44,053 nt of DNA from Draconibacterium orientale (GTDB lineage Bacteria; Bacteroidota; Bacteroidia; Bacteroidales; DYQJ01). The notes under the pieces were generated by a model. The model saw only the letters and a list, made by a program, of their open reading frames with translations. It was not told the DNA's origin and did not search any database. The stretch covers positions 1 to 44,053 of the forward strand of contig DYQJ01000003.1 of NCBI GenBank assembly GCA_020719345.1, read 5' to 3'. Shown piece by piece: positions 1 to 9,017 of this stretch (the first letter of the stretch is position 1; each line of letters begins with the position of its first letter). The position numbers and the translations under genes were made by a program.

Positions 1-41
1 ACTCGGCGAAACTCGGAATAACCTATTTTTAATTTTTTCAT
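1..41 (-). CDS. First 13 codons of a gene running off the left edge; possibly a third AAA-ATPase-like (PF09820-type) paralog
   Basis: The reverse complement reads ATG AAA AAA TTA AAA ATA GGT TAT TCC GAG TTT CGC CGA = MKKLKIGYSEFRR. This resembles the usual MKKLPIGxxxF start of that family. A TAnnTTTG box lies 33 nt upstream. Confidence 0.3.
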   Translation of the reverse strand, partial: MKKLKIGYSEFRR

Positions 42-73
42 TTAGTATTATTTTTATTATCAATCTTTGAATG

Positions 74-81
74 CAAATTTA
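74..81 (-). promoter_or_regulatory. Bacteroidota-type -7 box (TAAATTTG on the minus strand)
   Basis: Plus-strand CAAATTTA is the reverse complement of TAAATTTG, which matches TAnnTTTG. It sits just upstream of the ATG at 41..39. Confidence 0.35.
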
Positions 82-197
82 GTAATATTTTTAATAAATA
101 TCCAATAATTATCCAAATTTCTATTCTGATAATTATTATTTTTTATTCTATTTTGCTTGATTATATTTATAAGTAAATGAACAATTTAAAGTTATTT

Positions 198-3100
198 CTA
201 TTTTAGAAAGAAAGTGACCACTACTTCGGTATATTGTTTGTGAATAGAGTTAATTTTTAACTCGGCTTTGTGTAGTTTAATTATATCTTGTGCCATAAAT
301 AGTCCTAAACCTGTTCCATGCGAAGTGGGTTTTGTCGTGAAAAACGGTTCGGAAACGTGTACTAATTCTTTTTCTACTATTCCTATTCCATTGTCTTTTA
401 TGTTGATAACAAAATTTTTGTTGTCCATAAATGTTTGTATGGAGATTATTGGTGTATGATTTTTGTTTTCAGCGAGTTTTTGATTAAGCGCATAAAAAGA
501 GTTGTTAAAAATATAATAAAAAGCTTCAGATAGCTCGTTTGGCAGAGTCTTTAATATTTGATTTTCGTTTTGGAATATTTTTTCAAGTTTGGTATTAAAG
601 GTTTTATTCTCGTTTTTGTAGTCTGCCAATGCTTTATTATAACTGCTTATTAATAGGTCATTTATATCCGTTGTAATAAAATTATTTGATTTTTCTTTCA
701 AAAGTTTTTCCATTCCCTTAATAATTCGCGTTGCACTTGTTCCGTGGTTATTTATTTTTTCGAGATTAGTATTTAACATAGCCAAAATATCTTCTATGTC
801 TGCTTTTGTATCTGGGTCTAATTTTTTGCTTTCTTCCATCACTTCGCGTATTTCTTTTGCGAGTTCTTTAGAGATTTGCGAGAAGTTATTAATATAGTTC
901 ATCGGATTAATGAGTCTGTCCACAATACCTTTTGTAAGTTGTCCGATAGAAGCAAGTTTCTCTTTTCTAATTAGTTCGTCTTGAGTTTCTTTAAGATTGT
1001 TCAGAGTTATCTGCAAGTTTTCGAGTATTTGTGCCTTAATAAACGCCGAGTTAATATGTTCGCGCAAATTATTCAGCAGACTAAAATCTTCATCTTTAAA
1101 AGCTTCAAAATGTCGTGTAGAATAAAGGAGGAGGAATCCTTCTATTTTGTCGTTGATTTCTACCACAATAGTTAATAGCGATTTAGGTTGTTTTAGTTCG
1201 CTGAGTTGGGCATCAAAATTTTGAGTTCTGACGAAGTTATTGACAAAAATGCCGTTATGCACTTCATTAGCTTTGTGTATGAAGCTTGTTTTTGCTTGTT
1301 GCAGCGAGAGCGTTACATTTTGAACAGCCGACAAGTCTATTCCTAATACGGATTTGAATTTGAAAATGTCCATGTTTTTATGATTAATAATAGCCATTGC
1401 GGTATCTAATTTAGTCATGGATTTTAATTTTGTAAGTATTGATGCGAGCAGACTCTCAAAGTTTATCTCCGAGTTGATTGCTTTTACGATGAGATTGATT
1501 TTATTGAGTTCTTCGTTTTTATATGCGAGTTCTTCGGATTGCGCTTTTAGTTCTTCTTTTTGATTTTCTATTTCTTCGGTTCGTTCTTTGACAATAACTT
1601 CGAGAAGTTCTTTTTCGCGTTTCAATATTCTAAGTCTCCATCTTACAAGTATGTATATCAATATTATGGCAAGAATTATATAAATAGAAATAGCCCACCA
1701 ACGTCTGTATATCGGAGTTAAAATAATAAATTCAAAGCTTGCGGTGCTACCTTCTATCTGATATATATTTATAGCTTTAACCTGAAAAACATATCTTCCT
1801 TCAGGAAGATTTGTATATTCTTTGGAGTTTTCAGTAGTCCATTCAGTCCATTCGGAGTCAAAACCTTCGAGTCGGTACTTGTATTTTATATTGTCATTTA
1901 TGTTGTACGTAGCCGCTGCAAACTCAAAAGATATTGTATTGTGTTGAAAATCTATTTTGTAAAAGAAGTTGCTGTTTTGTATATTGTTAGGAATATCTTG
2001 TTCGTCAGCGAAAGTTCCGTTAAAGAGGACAGAGTCGTTTTTGAGTTTCACTTTTCTAAGAATAGTATTAAAATTCGCATTATAATTGACCGTAATATTA
2101 GCATCATATCTAATAATTTCTTCTGTTCCTCCGAGCCATGTTACGGTGTTTGTTGTGTCGCAAAAGATTTTTTTCACTTTAAAATCTGCAAGAGGCAAAA
2201 AAGGAGTATGATATTCAGTATATTGATTATCAGCGAATTTATATAATGTAATTGCTGTTTCGTCTCCTTGTGTTAGCCATATATTTTGCTGTTTGTCTTT
2301 TTGTATGTGTGATATCCAGAAGTTTTGCAATAAATGTTTGTTAATATTGTTTTCTGTCGCTATGACAGTTATAAATTTAGGGAAAAGATTTTTATAATTT
2401 AATAAATTAGAAATAACAAATTTCTCTTTTATTTCATCATATTGAAATATTCCTTTTTCTGTAGCCACTAAAATTTGATTGTCTAATAAGTTAATATTAT
2501 TCGCATAAATATTTGGCAGTCCGCTTGTTGTATCTATTTGTGTTATTGTATTGTTCTGATATTTAATTATAGAATTTAGTGAAGTTTGCAGCCATATAAT
2601 TCCATTTTTGTCTTGTTGAATTTTCCATATTTCGTGGTCAAGATTATCTATTTTTCTGTTCTCGTTGACAGAGAATAATCCTTCTGTTTGTCCGGCGAAT
2701 ATTTGCTCATTATTTTTATGAACTGCAATTGTAAAGCTGTTGTATATTTTTAGGTACTCGTTTTTAGTATTTTTATAAATTCCGTCACTTGTAGCTATAT
2801 ACATTTCGTTTTTGTCAATAAATAGGTCATTACAGCTTGCATTGATGTGTGTTTCTTTGAGGAATAAGTTATCTTTCAAATAAAAAAGTCCGTCAGTTGT
2901 AGCGGCATATATTGTGTTATTAAACTTTTCTATATCAATTACTTCGCCTTTAATGCCTTTTTTGTTATTGTAAAACGATAGTGGCGAATTGACTTGTAAC
3001 ATTGCTATACCATCATATAATGTAGCCCAGAGGATTCCCGACTGCGAGAGGAAAAAATTAGTCACATTTTCGGAATTGAGTCCATATTCTTTGTTTGTTA

Positions 3101-4010
3101 TTTGAATAATTTGTCCTGTTCGGTTAATAATAATAATTCCGCCTCTTGCAGTTCCTATGGCTATGTATTGATTATTTATTTTTTTTGCTGCAGTTATTTC
3201 GTTTGCGATGAGATATTTTTCTGCTTCTATCTCATAATCAGTAATATAATTGTTGTGCATTAAAAATACTCCTGCTTGTCCCGACCCTAATAAAATAGAG
3301 TCTTCAGTAAGATTAATCATAAAATCTACGCTAAAAATGGCTTCTATTTTATCATTTTTGTATATTTCTTTAATTTTATTTTGTTCAAAATATCTCAGTC
3401 CGCTATTTTTTTGGAATATGTATAAAGTATCATTAATTAGAAACGATGAAAGTATTTCATCTTGGTCGCTATAAAAGATGTTTATTTTGTTATTTTCAAA
3501 TTTAATAATTCCTTTTTTAGTGATGAAAAAAACTTGATTTTGTTTGTCTATGAGGATATTTTTTGTTTCGAGCATTAGGTTGTTCTTGTCTTTGTGTGTT
3601 TCCACAAAAATATCTGTTATCTTGCCAATGCTGTCCGGATTAGCGAAGTTGTTATTTATAAGCGAATTATATTGTAAGAGTCCATTTTTGTTGGCGGCGA
3701 GATAACCTATGTCACCGAGTGCGCCGACAAAAATTTTGCCGTTATAGTCGTTTTCTATGGCGGTAGCGCGGTATCCGTCGTTTGTGAGTATTGTCTTCCA
3801 TTTGTTTCCGTCAAATTCTAATATTCCTGAGAAATTTGCAAAGTACATAACCCCTCTGGCGTCTTGTGCTGCGTCAAAGTTTTGTGTATGTGCCATATAA
3901 GTTTTAGAATTGTAATTTTTCACAAATGCTAAACCTATTTGTATATTTTGAGACTTAACTTGAAGGTATATTGTTAAAAGTGTTATCAGGAACAAAAGTT
4001 TTCTACACAT
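198..4010 (-). CDS. Propeller/Y_Y_Y transmembrane sensor with a GAF-like region and a histidine-kinase-like output (DHp without His, intact HATPase_c)
   Basis: 1270-aa ORF with signal/anchor MCRKLLFLITLLTIYLQVKSQ. It has Reg_prop-like repeats (GVMYFANFSGILEFDGNKW) and a Y_Y_Y motif (YKYRLEGFDSEWTEW..LPEGRYVFQVKAIN). A TM (WWAISIYIILAIILIYILV) is followed by a coiled coil. The DHp-like box is EKLASIGQLTKGIVDRLINPMNYI. ATP-lid boxes DNGIGI, EPFFTTK and GTGLGL are present. Confidence 0.9.
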   Translation of the reverse strand: MCRKLLFLITLLTIYLQVKSQNIQIGLAFVKNYNSKTYMAHTQNFDAAQDARGVMYFANFSGILEFDGNKWKTILTNDGYRATAIENDYNGKIFVGALGDIGYLAANKNGLLQYNSLINNNFANPDSIGKITDIFVETHKDKNNLMLETKNILIDKQNQVFFITKKGIIKFENNKINIFYSDQDEILSSFLINDTLYIFQKNSGLRYFEQNKIKEIYKNDKIEAIFSVDFMINLTEDSILLGSGQAGVFLMHNNYITDYEIEAEKYLIANEITAAKKINNQYIAIGTARGGIIIINRTGQIIQITNKEYGLNSENVTNFFLSQSGILWATLYDGIAMLQVNSPLSFYNNKKGIKGEVIDIEKFNNTIYAATTDGLFYLKDNLFLKETHINASCNDLFIDKNEMYIATSDGIYKNTKNEYLKIYNSFTIAVHKNNEQIFAGQTEGLFSVNENRKIDNLDHEIWKIQQDKNGIIWLQTSLNSIIKYQNNTITQIDTTSGLPNIYANNINLLDNQILVATEKGIFQYDEIKEKFVISNLLNYKNLFPKFITVIATENNINKHLLQNFWISHIQKDKQQNIWLTQGDETAITLYKFADNQYTEYHTPFLPLADFKVKKIFCDTTNTVTWLGGTEEIIRYDANITVNYNANFNTILRKVKLKNDSVLFNGTFADEQDIPNNIQNSNFFYKIDFQHNTISFEFAAATYNINDNIKYKYRLEGFDSEWTEWTTENSKEYTNLPEGRYVFQVKAINIYQIEGSTASFEFIILTPIYRRWWAISIYIILAIILIYILVRWRLRILKREKELLEVIVKERTEEIENQKEELKAQSEELAYKNEELNKINLIVKAINSEINFESLLASILTKLKSMTKLDTAMAIINHKNMDIFKFKSVLGIDLSAVQNVTLSLQQAKTSFIHKANEVHNGIFVNNFVRTQNFDAQLSELKQPKSLLTIVVEINDKIEGFLLLYSTRHFEAFKDEDFSLLNNLREHINSAFIKAQILENLQITLNNLKETQDELIRKEKLASIGQLTKGIVDRLINPMNYINNFSQISKELAKEIREVMEESKKLDPDTKADIEDILAMLNTNLEKINNHGTSATRIIKGMEKLLKEKSNNFITTDINDLLISSYNKALADYKNENKTFNTKLEKIFQNENQILKTLPNELSEAFYYIFNNSFYALNQKLAENKNHTPIISIQTFMDNKNFVINIKDNGIGIVEKELVHVSEPFFTTKPTSHGTGLGLFMAQDIIKLHKAELKINSIHKQYTEVVVTFFLK

Positions 4011-7000
4011 ATAAGTTGGAGTTTAAGAATTTAAAATAATTTTCTTTAATGAGTTGGTTATCAGCGATTAAATTTAAAAACAAGTCATAATTAATCTCTA
4101 ACATGTTCGTATTTTCTATGGCTTTGATTTTCATAGAATTAATATTTTCTTCATTAAGTGTACGGTGGATAAAATAATTTTTAGTGACGGTAATTTGTTG
4201 GTTGTTATCATATAAAATAATTTCGCCACTAAAAATATAATAGAAATTGTTTTTAATATTTATATTTATTTCTTCTTGTTTTTTGATTATAAAGTCGTTA
4301 GCTTTTTCACTTATCATTGTTATCTCGTTTTCAAAGACATTTTCAAAGAGTTTCGTCTGTTTTAAGATTTTTATCTTTTCAAAAATAAACAGACAGTTGT
4401 TTGCACTTTTAAAAACTTTATTATTAAAATTTTTAAGATTTATCTTGTCGTCTGTCTTCAGTTTGATAAGTTGTTCGAGGAAAACTGTTTCATTAAGGAG
4501 ATGCAAATTGTAAGCTGCCGCTTCTTTAATTATCTTAAATGGGTTGGAGAAGAAGCAAATCATCGTATTTACGGTGTCGTCATCGTTAAATTTGGCGAGT
4601 TCAAAAAGAGCTGTTGCCTTAGTATAATTAGATATTTGATTGACATTTTTGTTAATTATCTCTTTTATTCGGTCTTTGTAAGATAGTTTTTTTTGTGGAA
4701 AGTCGTCTTTATAAACATTATATATATCAGTGTAGTTGGTATTTTCAAATAACGGAAGGACGAGATTTTTAAATTCTTCGGCGAACATCATATCAAGTAT
4801 TTCCAGAGCATATCCCTTACTATTTCCTGTGGTGGAGGCAAGATTAGATTTAATTATATCTATATTTTTTTTGGTGTAAATAATAGATAAAAGATTGAAA
4901 ATGTTATTTATTTTTTGGCTTAATTCATTGGATAGAGCTTCGTGCAAATCGGAGCTCTCATTTTTTTCCATCTCAATGTAACACAAAGAAATCCAGACAA
5001 TATTTTCAATTTCTTGTTCTAAGATAGCGTAAATAAACGATGTTTCGGTACGATTAGCCACATATTCCATCTCTATTAGAGTTCGGATAGCGGTATTTCT
5101 AATCAATGTATTTTGACTGTTAATTTTGCTACGTAAAAAATATACAGCTTTACTTCCTCCTATCTCTCCTATTATTTTTAAAATGATAGTCTGCAGCTCG
5201 GCATTTCTTATGTTTTTATTATAAAATTTTATTAGTTCTTGCAAAAAACTTTCTCCAAAAGTAGCGACTGTTTTAGAAGTTGTGATTCGCAAGTAATGAT
5301 TCGTGAGTTCGTTAAGTATCTTAGTTCGTAAAAAAATATCTTCAAAATTGGCTACATTTTTAACTGCATTTTTTCTTACTTCAATATTATTTTCTTGGAT
5401 AAGATTGAAATTTAACATTATGGCATTATAACGTTTTGAATTAGTTAGCCATTGAGCTGCATGTATTTTTTCTTCTATGTCTTCCGATTTAGTTTTTCTT
5501 TCTATTTCTGAAAATTCTATTTCGGATAGTTGGTCAATAGAAATATTTAGATGTTGTATTAAAGTAGTATCTTGAATTTTCATCTCTAATTCTAATATAT
5601 TTCTAAGTTCTTTGAGCTTATATAATTTTATATATTTTTCAATAATAATTTTTTTATTATCTTGATTTTGTGAGCCATATAATTTGGTCAAAACTTTGTC
5701 GGTATTTATGGGTTCTAATTTGTAAGCCAGATTAACAAAGCTGCTAAAATTAGTCTCATTTTCGGTAAGCATTTTAATAAGGTCAGTTATTTTTTCGTTT
5801 TCGGTTACTTTTAAAATCGTTTCATTCGAGTCAGGATTTAATACATTTTCTATGGATTTTTTATATTCTTTATAAGTGTCTAATGACACTTTAAACCATA
5901 TCAAAACAATAACAAACAATATAATACTAAAATGCACGAGTGTCAGAGATGGGATAAAAGCCAATGCTCCAATAATAATTCCGGCGATAATATTACCAAA
6001 CGCTTTTGGTCCGCCTTCTATTTTACTTTGAAATTCACTACGGATGTCCGCTTGTATTGGCTGAAAAAGTAGCTGTGAGGCAGGGTCTTGAAATGAGGTT
6101 CGCGCCGCTCTGGTAAAAAGTCTGCCCAGAGTGACTGCCGAGAAAAATATAGTCAGTGTGCCATAGAAAATTCCGGAGAGCGATGCCAGAAAGAAACTTA
6201 TCATCAGCACCAGCGGAAAAACTATGAGTCCCAGCTTAATACCATATTTACTAATCAAGCGTCCAGCGACAAAGGTCTTTAAAATAAATTCTACAACTGA
6301 CGTGAAACCGAAGAACAATGCAACAAAACCGGTAAGCGAATCCTTGATAGGAAATTGTATTTTTATTTGTGCCTGAAAAATAAATTCTACGAGAAATTGT
6401 GCAAGAACAGGAAAAAGTGCTATCAAAAAGATGAATGTAAAATATTTGTTTGCAAAAAAAGATACTTTGACGCGAGTATTATTTTCACTTTTGGTTGCCG
6501 ATATTTTTTTGATAGCAAGTTTTTCTTTATTGTTTGCGACAATAATAAACACCAGAATAAAAGCGAAAATCAATGAAATATTAGCAAATATAAGCAAATC
6601 TTCGGTCTTCAATACTTGGAGTATCAGCGGGATAGACAAAAAAGTTATTATACTTGACAGCACTTCTCCCGAACCGATGAGTCCGTAGATACGCTTTCCT
6701 TGTCGCAAATTGAAAAGCTTAGCCGAAATCCCCCAAAATATAACTGCGTGAATATAAGCGAATACACGTATCCAACAGTATAAAATAAAAACGAGCCATC
6801 CTGTCGGGGCTACAAAATAATATATCAAAAACAGCGTAGAAGATACGAATAAGAAACTGACAGATAAATTAGCAAGCCGAGAGAATTTAATCTTCTTTTG
6901 CAGATACGAAAAAATTAATCCGATAAGATACACAATCACCCCGGAGACAATAAAAGTAACGGGTAACATATTTCTATGAAACTCTATTAAAAATAAACTC

Positions 7001-7122
7001 GTTGCACTGGAGACAAAAAAAGCTATTGCCGCGCCCATAAAAAATGAATAGACTATCAGCAATGCAACTATCTTTATTTCACTTTGTTCTAAGTTAAGTA
7101 TTTTTAATAGTTTGTTCTTCAT
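4003..7122 (-). CDS. Polytopic transporter (MFS / TLC Npt-like, about 12 TM) fused to a HEAT/ARM-like helical repeat region and a degenerate C-terminal cNMP-binding-like domain
   Basis: 1039-aa ORF. The first 430 aa or so are hydrophobic helices. The middle is helical repeats (NAVKNVANF.., RNTAIRTLIEM..). The C-terminus shows a beta-barrel pattern (LFENVFENEI....YYIFSGEIILYD). It overlaps the downstream gene by 8 nt and the upstream gene by 4 nt. Confidence 0.75.
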   Translation of the reverse strand: MKNKLLKILNLEQSEIKIVALLIVYSFFMGAAIAFFVSSATSLFLIEFHRNMLPVTFIVSGVIVYLIGLIFSYLQKKIKFSRLANLSVSFLFVSSTLFLIYYFVAPTGWLVFILYCWIRVFAYIHAVIFWGISAKLFNLRQGKRIYGLIGSGEVLSSIITFLSIPLILQVLKTEDLLIFANISLIFAFILVFIIVANNKEKLAIKKISATKSENNTRVKVSFFANKYFTFIFLIALFPVLAQFLVEFIFQAQIKIQFPIKDSLTGFVALFFGFTSVVEFILKTFVAGRLISKYGIKLGLIVFPLVLMISFFLASLSGIFYGTLTIFFSAVTLGRLFTRAARTSFQDPASQLLFQPIQADIRSEFQSKIEGGPKAFGNIIAGIIIGALAFIPSLTLVHFSIILFVIVLIWFKVSLDTYKEYKKSIENVLNPDSNETILKVTENEKITDLIKMLTENETNFSSFVNLAYKLEPINTDKVLTKLYGSQNQDNKKIIIEKYIKLYKLKELRNILELEMKIQDTTLIQHLNISIDQLSEIEFSEIERKTKSEDIEEKIHAAQWLTNSKRYNAIMLNFNLIQENNIEVRKNAVKNVANFEDIFLRTKILNELTNHYLRITTSKTVATFGESFLQELIKFYNKNIRNAELQTIILKIIGEIGGSKAVYFLRSKINSQNTLIRNTAIRTLIEMEYVANRTETSFIYAILEQEIENIVWISLCYIEMEKNESSDLHEALSNELSQKINNIFNLLSIIYTKKNIDIIKSNLASTTGNSKGYALEILDMMFAEEFKNLVLPLFENTNYTDIYNVYKDDFPQKKLSYKDRIKEIINKNVNQISNYTKATALFELAKFNDDDTVNTMICFFSNPFKIIKEAAAYNLHLLNETVFLEQLIKLKTDDKINLKNFNNKVFKSANNCLFIFEKIKILKQTKLFENVFENEITMISEKANDFIIKKQEEININIKNNFYYIFSGEIILYDNNQQITVTKNYFIHRTLNEENINSMKIKAIENTNMLEINYDLFLNLIADNQLIKENYFKFLNSNLYV

Positions 7123-7727
7123 ATTTTGAGTTTGTAGCTTAGTTTGCTCAGAGGCATATAATAATTGTGAAAAATATCGCGAGTTATTGCGAGTTGAAGT
7201 TCAAAATCTAAAGGCAATTTGTAAATGATTATAGGACCGTGGAACCACAGTCCGTCGCAGAATGCTTGCTCTATCTTCCATTTTCCGTAAGCGAGATATC
7301 CGGCGCTCAGATTATCATTAAATTTCCATACCAGCATGTCCACCAGATAGTAATGAGGCGGCGAATTTGAATTGAGTCCCCAAAAATATCTTTCTTGTAA
7401 GTGAATAAGCAGCCGTTTGTCTAAAAGAAATAAATTGTAATCTATTTTTAACCCCGTCCAAGCTCCTTGATGATTATCAATTTTGCTGTACTCATATATC
7501 TTTAAATTTTTTATCGAGTATCCGAGAGCAAAATCCAATCGTATTAACGTCTTGGCGGGTATATCAGTGATGTCGCCGGGACGTATTTTTAGTTCAAACT
7601 TATGCTTAACAAGTGTGAACTCCGGCGAAAACTTATACCAGAATTCTGCATCTTTTATTTGCGTGAATCCAACTTTACTTAATAAAATAAGTAAAAAAAA
7701 CAACTTTATACTACAAGCATTATTCAT
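7119..7727 (-). CDS. Small secreted, probably outer-membrane beta-rich protein (possibly DUF2490-like)
   Basis: 202-aa ORF with a signal-like N-terminus (CSIKLFFLLILLSKVGFTQ). Alternating aromatic/hydrophilic strands end in ...LSYKLKI. An ATGA overlap joins it to the next gene. Confidence 0.65.
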   Translation of the reverse strand: MNNACSIKLFFLLILLSKVGFTQIKDAEFWYKFSPEFTLVKHKFELKIRPGDITDIPAKTLIRLDFALGYSIKNLKIYEYSKIDNHQGAWTGLKIDYNLFLLDKRLLIHLQERYFWGLNSNSPPHYYLVDMLVWKFNDNLSAGYLAYGKWKIEQAFCDGLWFHGPIIIYKLPLDFELQLAITRDIFHNYYMPLSKLSYKLKI

Positions 7728-7773
7728 TATTCATTATTCATTATTCATTATTCATTATTTATTATTCATTAAT
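7718..7773. repeat. Heptanucleotide tandem repeat (CATTATT)6 plus 2 degenerate units; AATAATG on the coding strand
   Basis: Read directly: cattatt x6, then tattatt, then cattaat. It spans the stop codon of 7769..8992 and the start codon of 7119..7727. Confidence 0.95.
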
Positions 7774-8992
7774 AGCTTCTCATCTTCATAATAAGGTCTT
7801 TAATTTCGTCATCCGAGTAAATTGCTTTTGCTTGTTTGTAAGAATTATACTTAATAAAATTTAATAAGTTTTTTATTTCCAATTTACTCAGTTCTAAGCC
7901 GAGTTTAGTTGCTATTGCGGTTAAAACTCGTGAGTTAGCCAGATGTGAGGCATAAATAACTTGCTCGGCGCCGAGAACTTTTCCTGTGTCAAAAGGTTGA
8001 AAAGCAACGTGATTAATAAAAGGTGTGCCGGTAGAGATGCTGTTTACTCCAGTTCCTACAATAGGGTCTGTTACTTTAAGCGGCACATGTGTTATTTCAC
8101 TAACCAATCTGGCTGTGGAATATATTTTTTTCAAGTCGGGTTGTTTATAAAATAGTTCGGTGCGTTCTATTCCAAATCTCTCATTCAAATGTTCGGTTTG
8201 ATATGCCATAAGGAATAAGAATAATTCGGTAGCCAGCAGTCCGGAGCGTTCGCCAAGTCCGAGCCATGATGTTGATATTAAATTTATTCCATGTTTCATT
8301 GCTTCAAGGTTGTTCATTAGCGCAAGTCCGAGGTCGTTATGAAAATGAGTATAAAGTTGTACGTTTGGTAATAGTTTGGCTTTAAGCCGTTTGAAATAGT
8401 TTGCCGCTGTTTGCGGATAAAATCGGCTGAAGGAGTCCCCAATACAGACCGTAGCGGCGCCGAGTTCTACGCATTTGTTAATATATTCGGCAAGAAATTC
8501 TGGGTCGGTGGATGTTATGTCGGCAAATTGCGGGTCTACGGGCATTCCGTTTGAATTGTCAAGAGCATATTTTAACATGTCAAGGTTTTGTTGCATTCCG
8601 TCTTTCAAATTTTTATGATACATAATATCAGACATGACATCGGATCCTGGCATCACGACTCCTATTCTTCCATATTTAGCACCTTTTACTGAATTAATAC
8701 AAAGTAAAATTTCGTCTTGCAAAGAGCGGCAATTCGGCGCGATATAGCAATTATCTATTTTATCAACGACCATTCGTATGGCTTCAAATTCTTCTTTACA
8801 AATAGATGGAAAACCTACTCCAAATACGAGATGATTTACAGAATACTCACCAAAAATAGCTGCATTTTCGCGGGCTAATTTTACTCGGTCTTTTCCTGTC
8901 ATAATCGTCTTCGCTTGCGCGCCGTCGCGAGGAGATTCTTCCCATATAACTAACTTGTTGTCATTTAAAGTTTTTAAAATTTTATCTTCCAT
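7769..8992 (-). CDS. HMGL-like / pyruvate carboxyltransferase (DRE-TIM metallolyase) enzyme of the isopropylmalate/homocitrate/citramalate synthase type; no LeuA C-terminal domain seen
   Basis: 407-aa ORF with motifs EESPRDGAQA and HFHNDLGLALMNNLEAMKHG...GLGERSG. Confidence 0.8.
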   Translation of the reverse strand: MEDKILKTLNDNKLVIWEESPRDGAQAKTIMTGKDRVKLARENAAIFGEYSVNHLVFGVGFPSICKEEFEAIRMVVDKIDNCYIAPNCRSLQDEILLCINSVKGAKYGRIGVVMPGSDVMSDIMYHKNLKDGMQQNLDMLKYALDNSNGMPVDPQFADITSTDPEFLAEYINKCVELGAATVCIGDSFSRFYPQTAANYFKRLKAKLLPNVQLYTHFHNDLGLALMNNLEAMKHGINLISTSWLGLGERSGLLATELFLFLMAYQTEHLNERFGIERTELFYKQPDLKKIYSTARLVSEITHVPLKVTDPIVGTGVNSISTGTPFINHVAFQPFDTGKVLGAEQVIYASHLANSRVLTAIATKLGLELSKLEIKNLLNFIKYNSYKQAKAIYSDDEIKDLIMKMRSY

Positions 8993-9017
8993 TGATTAAA
9001 AAAATTATATTTTGTTT

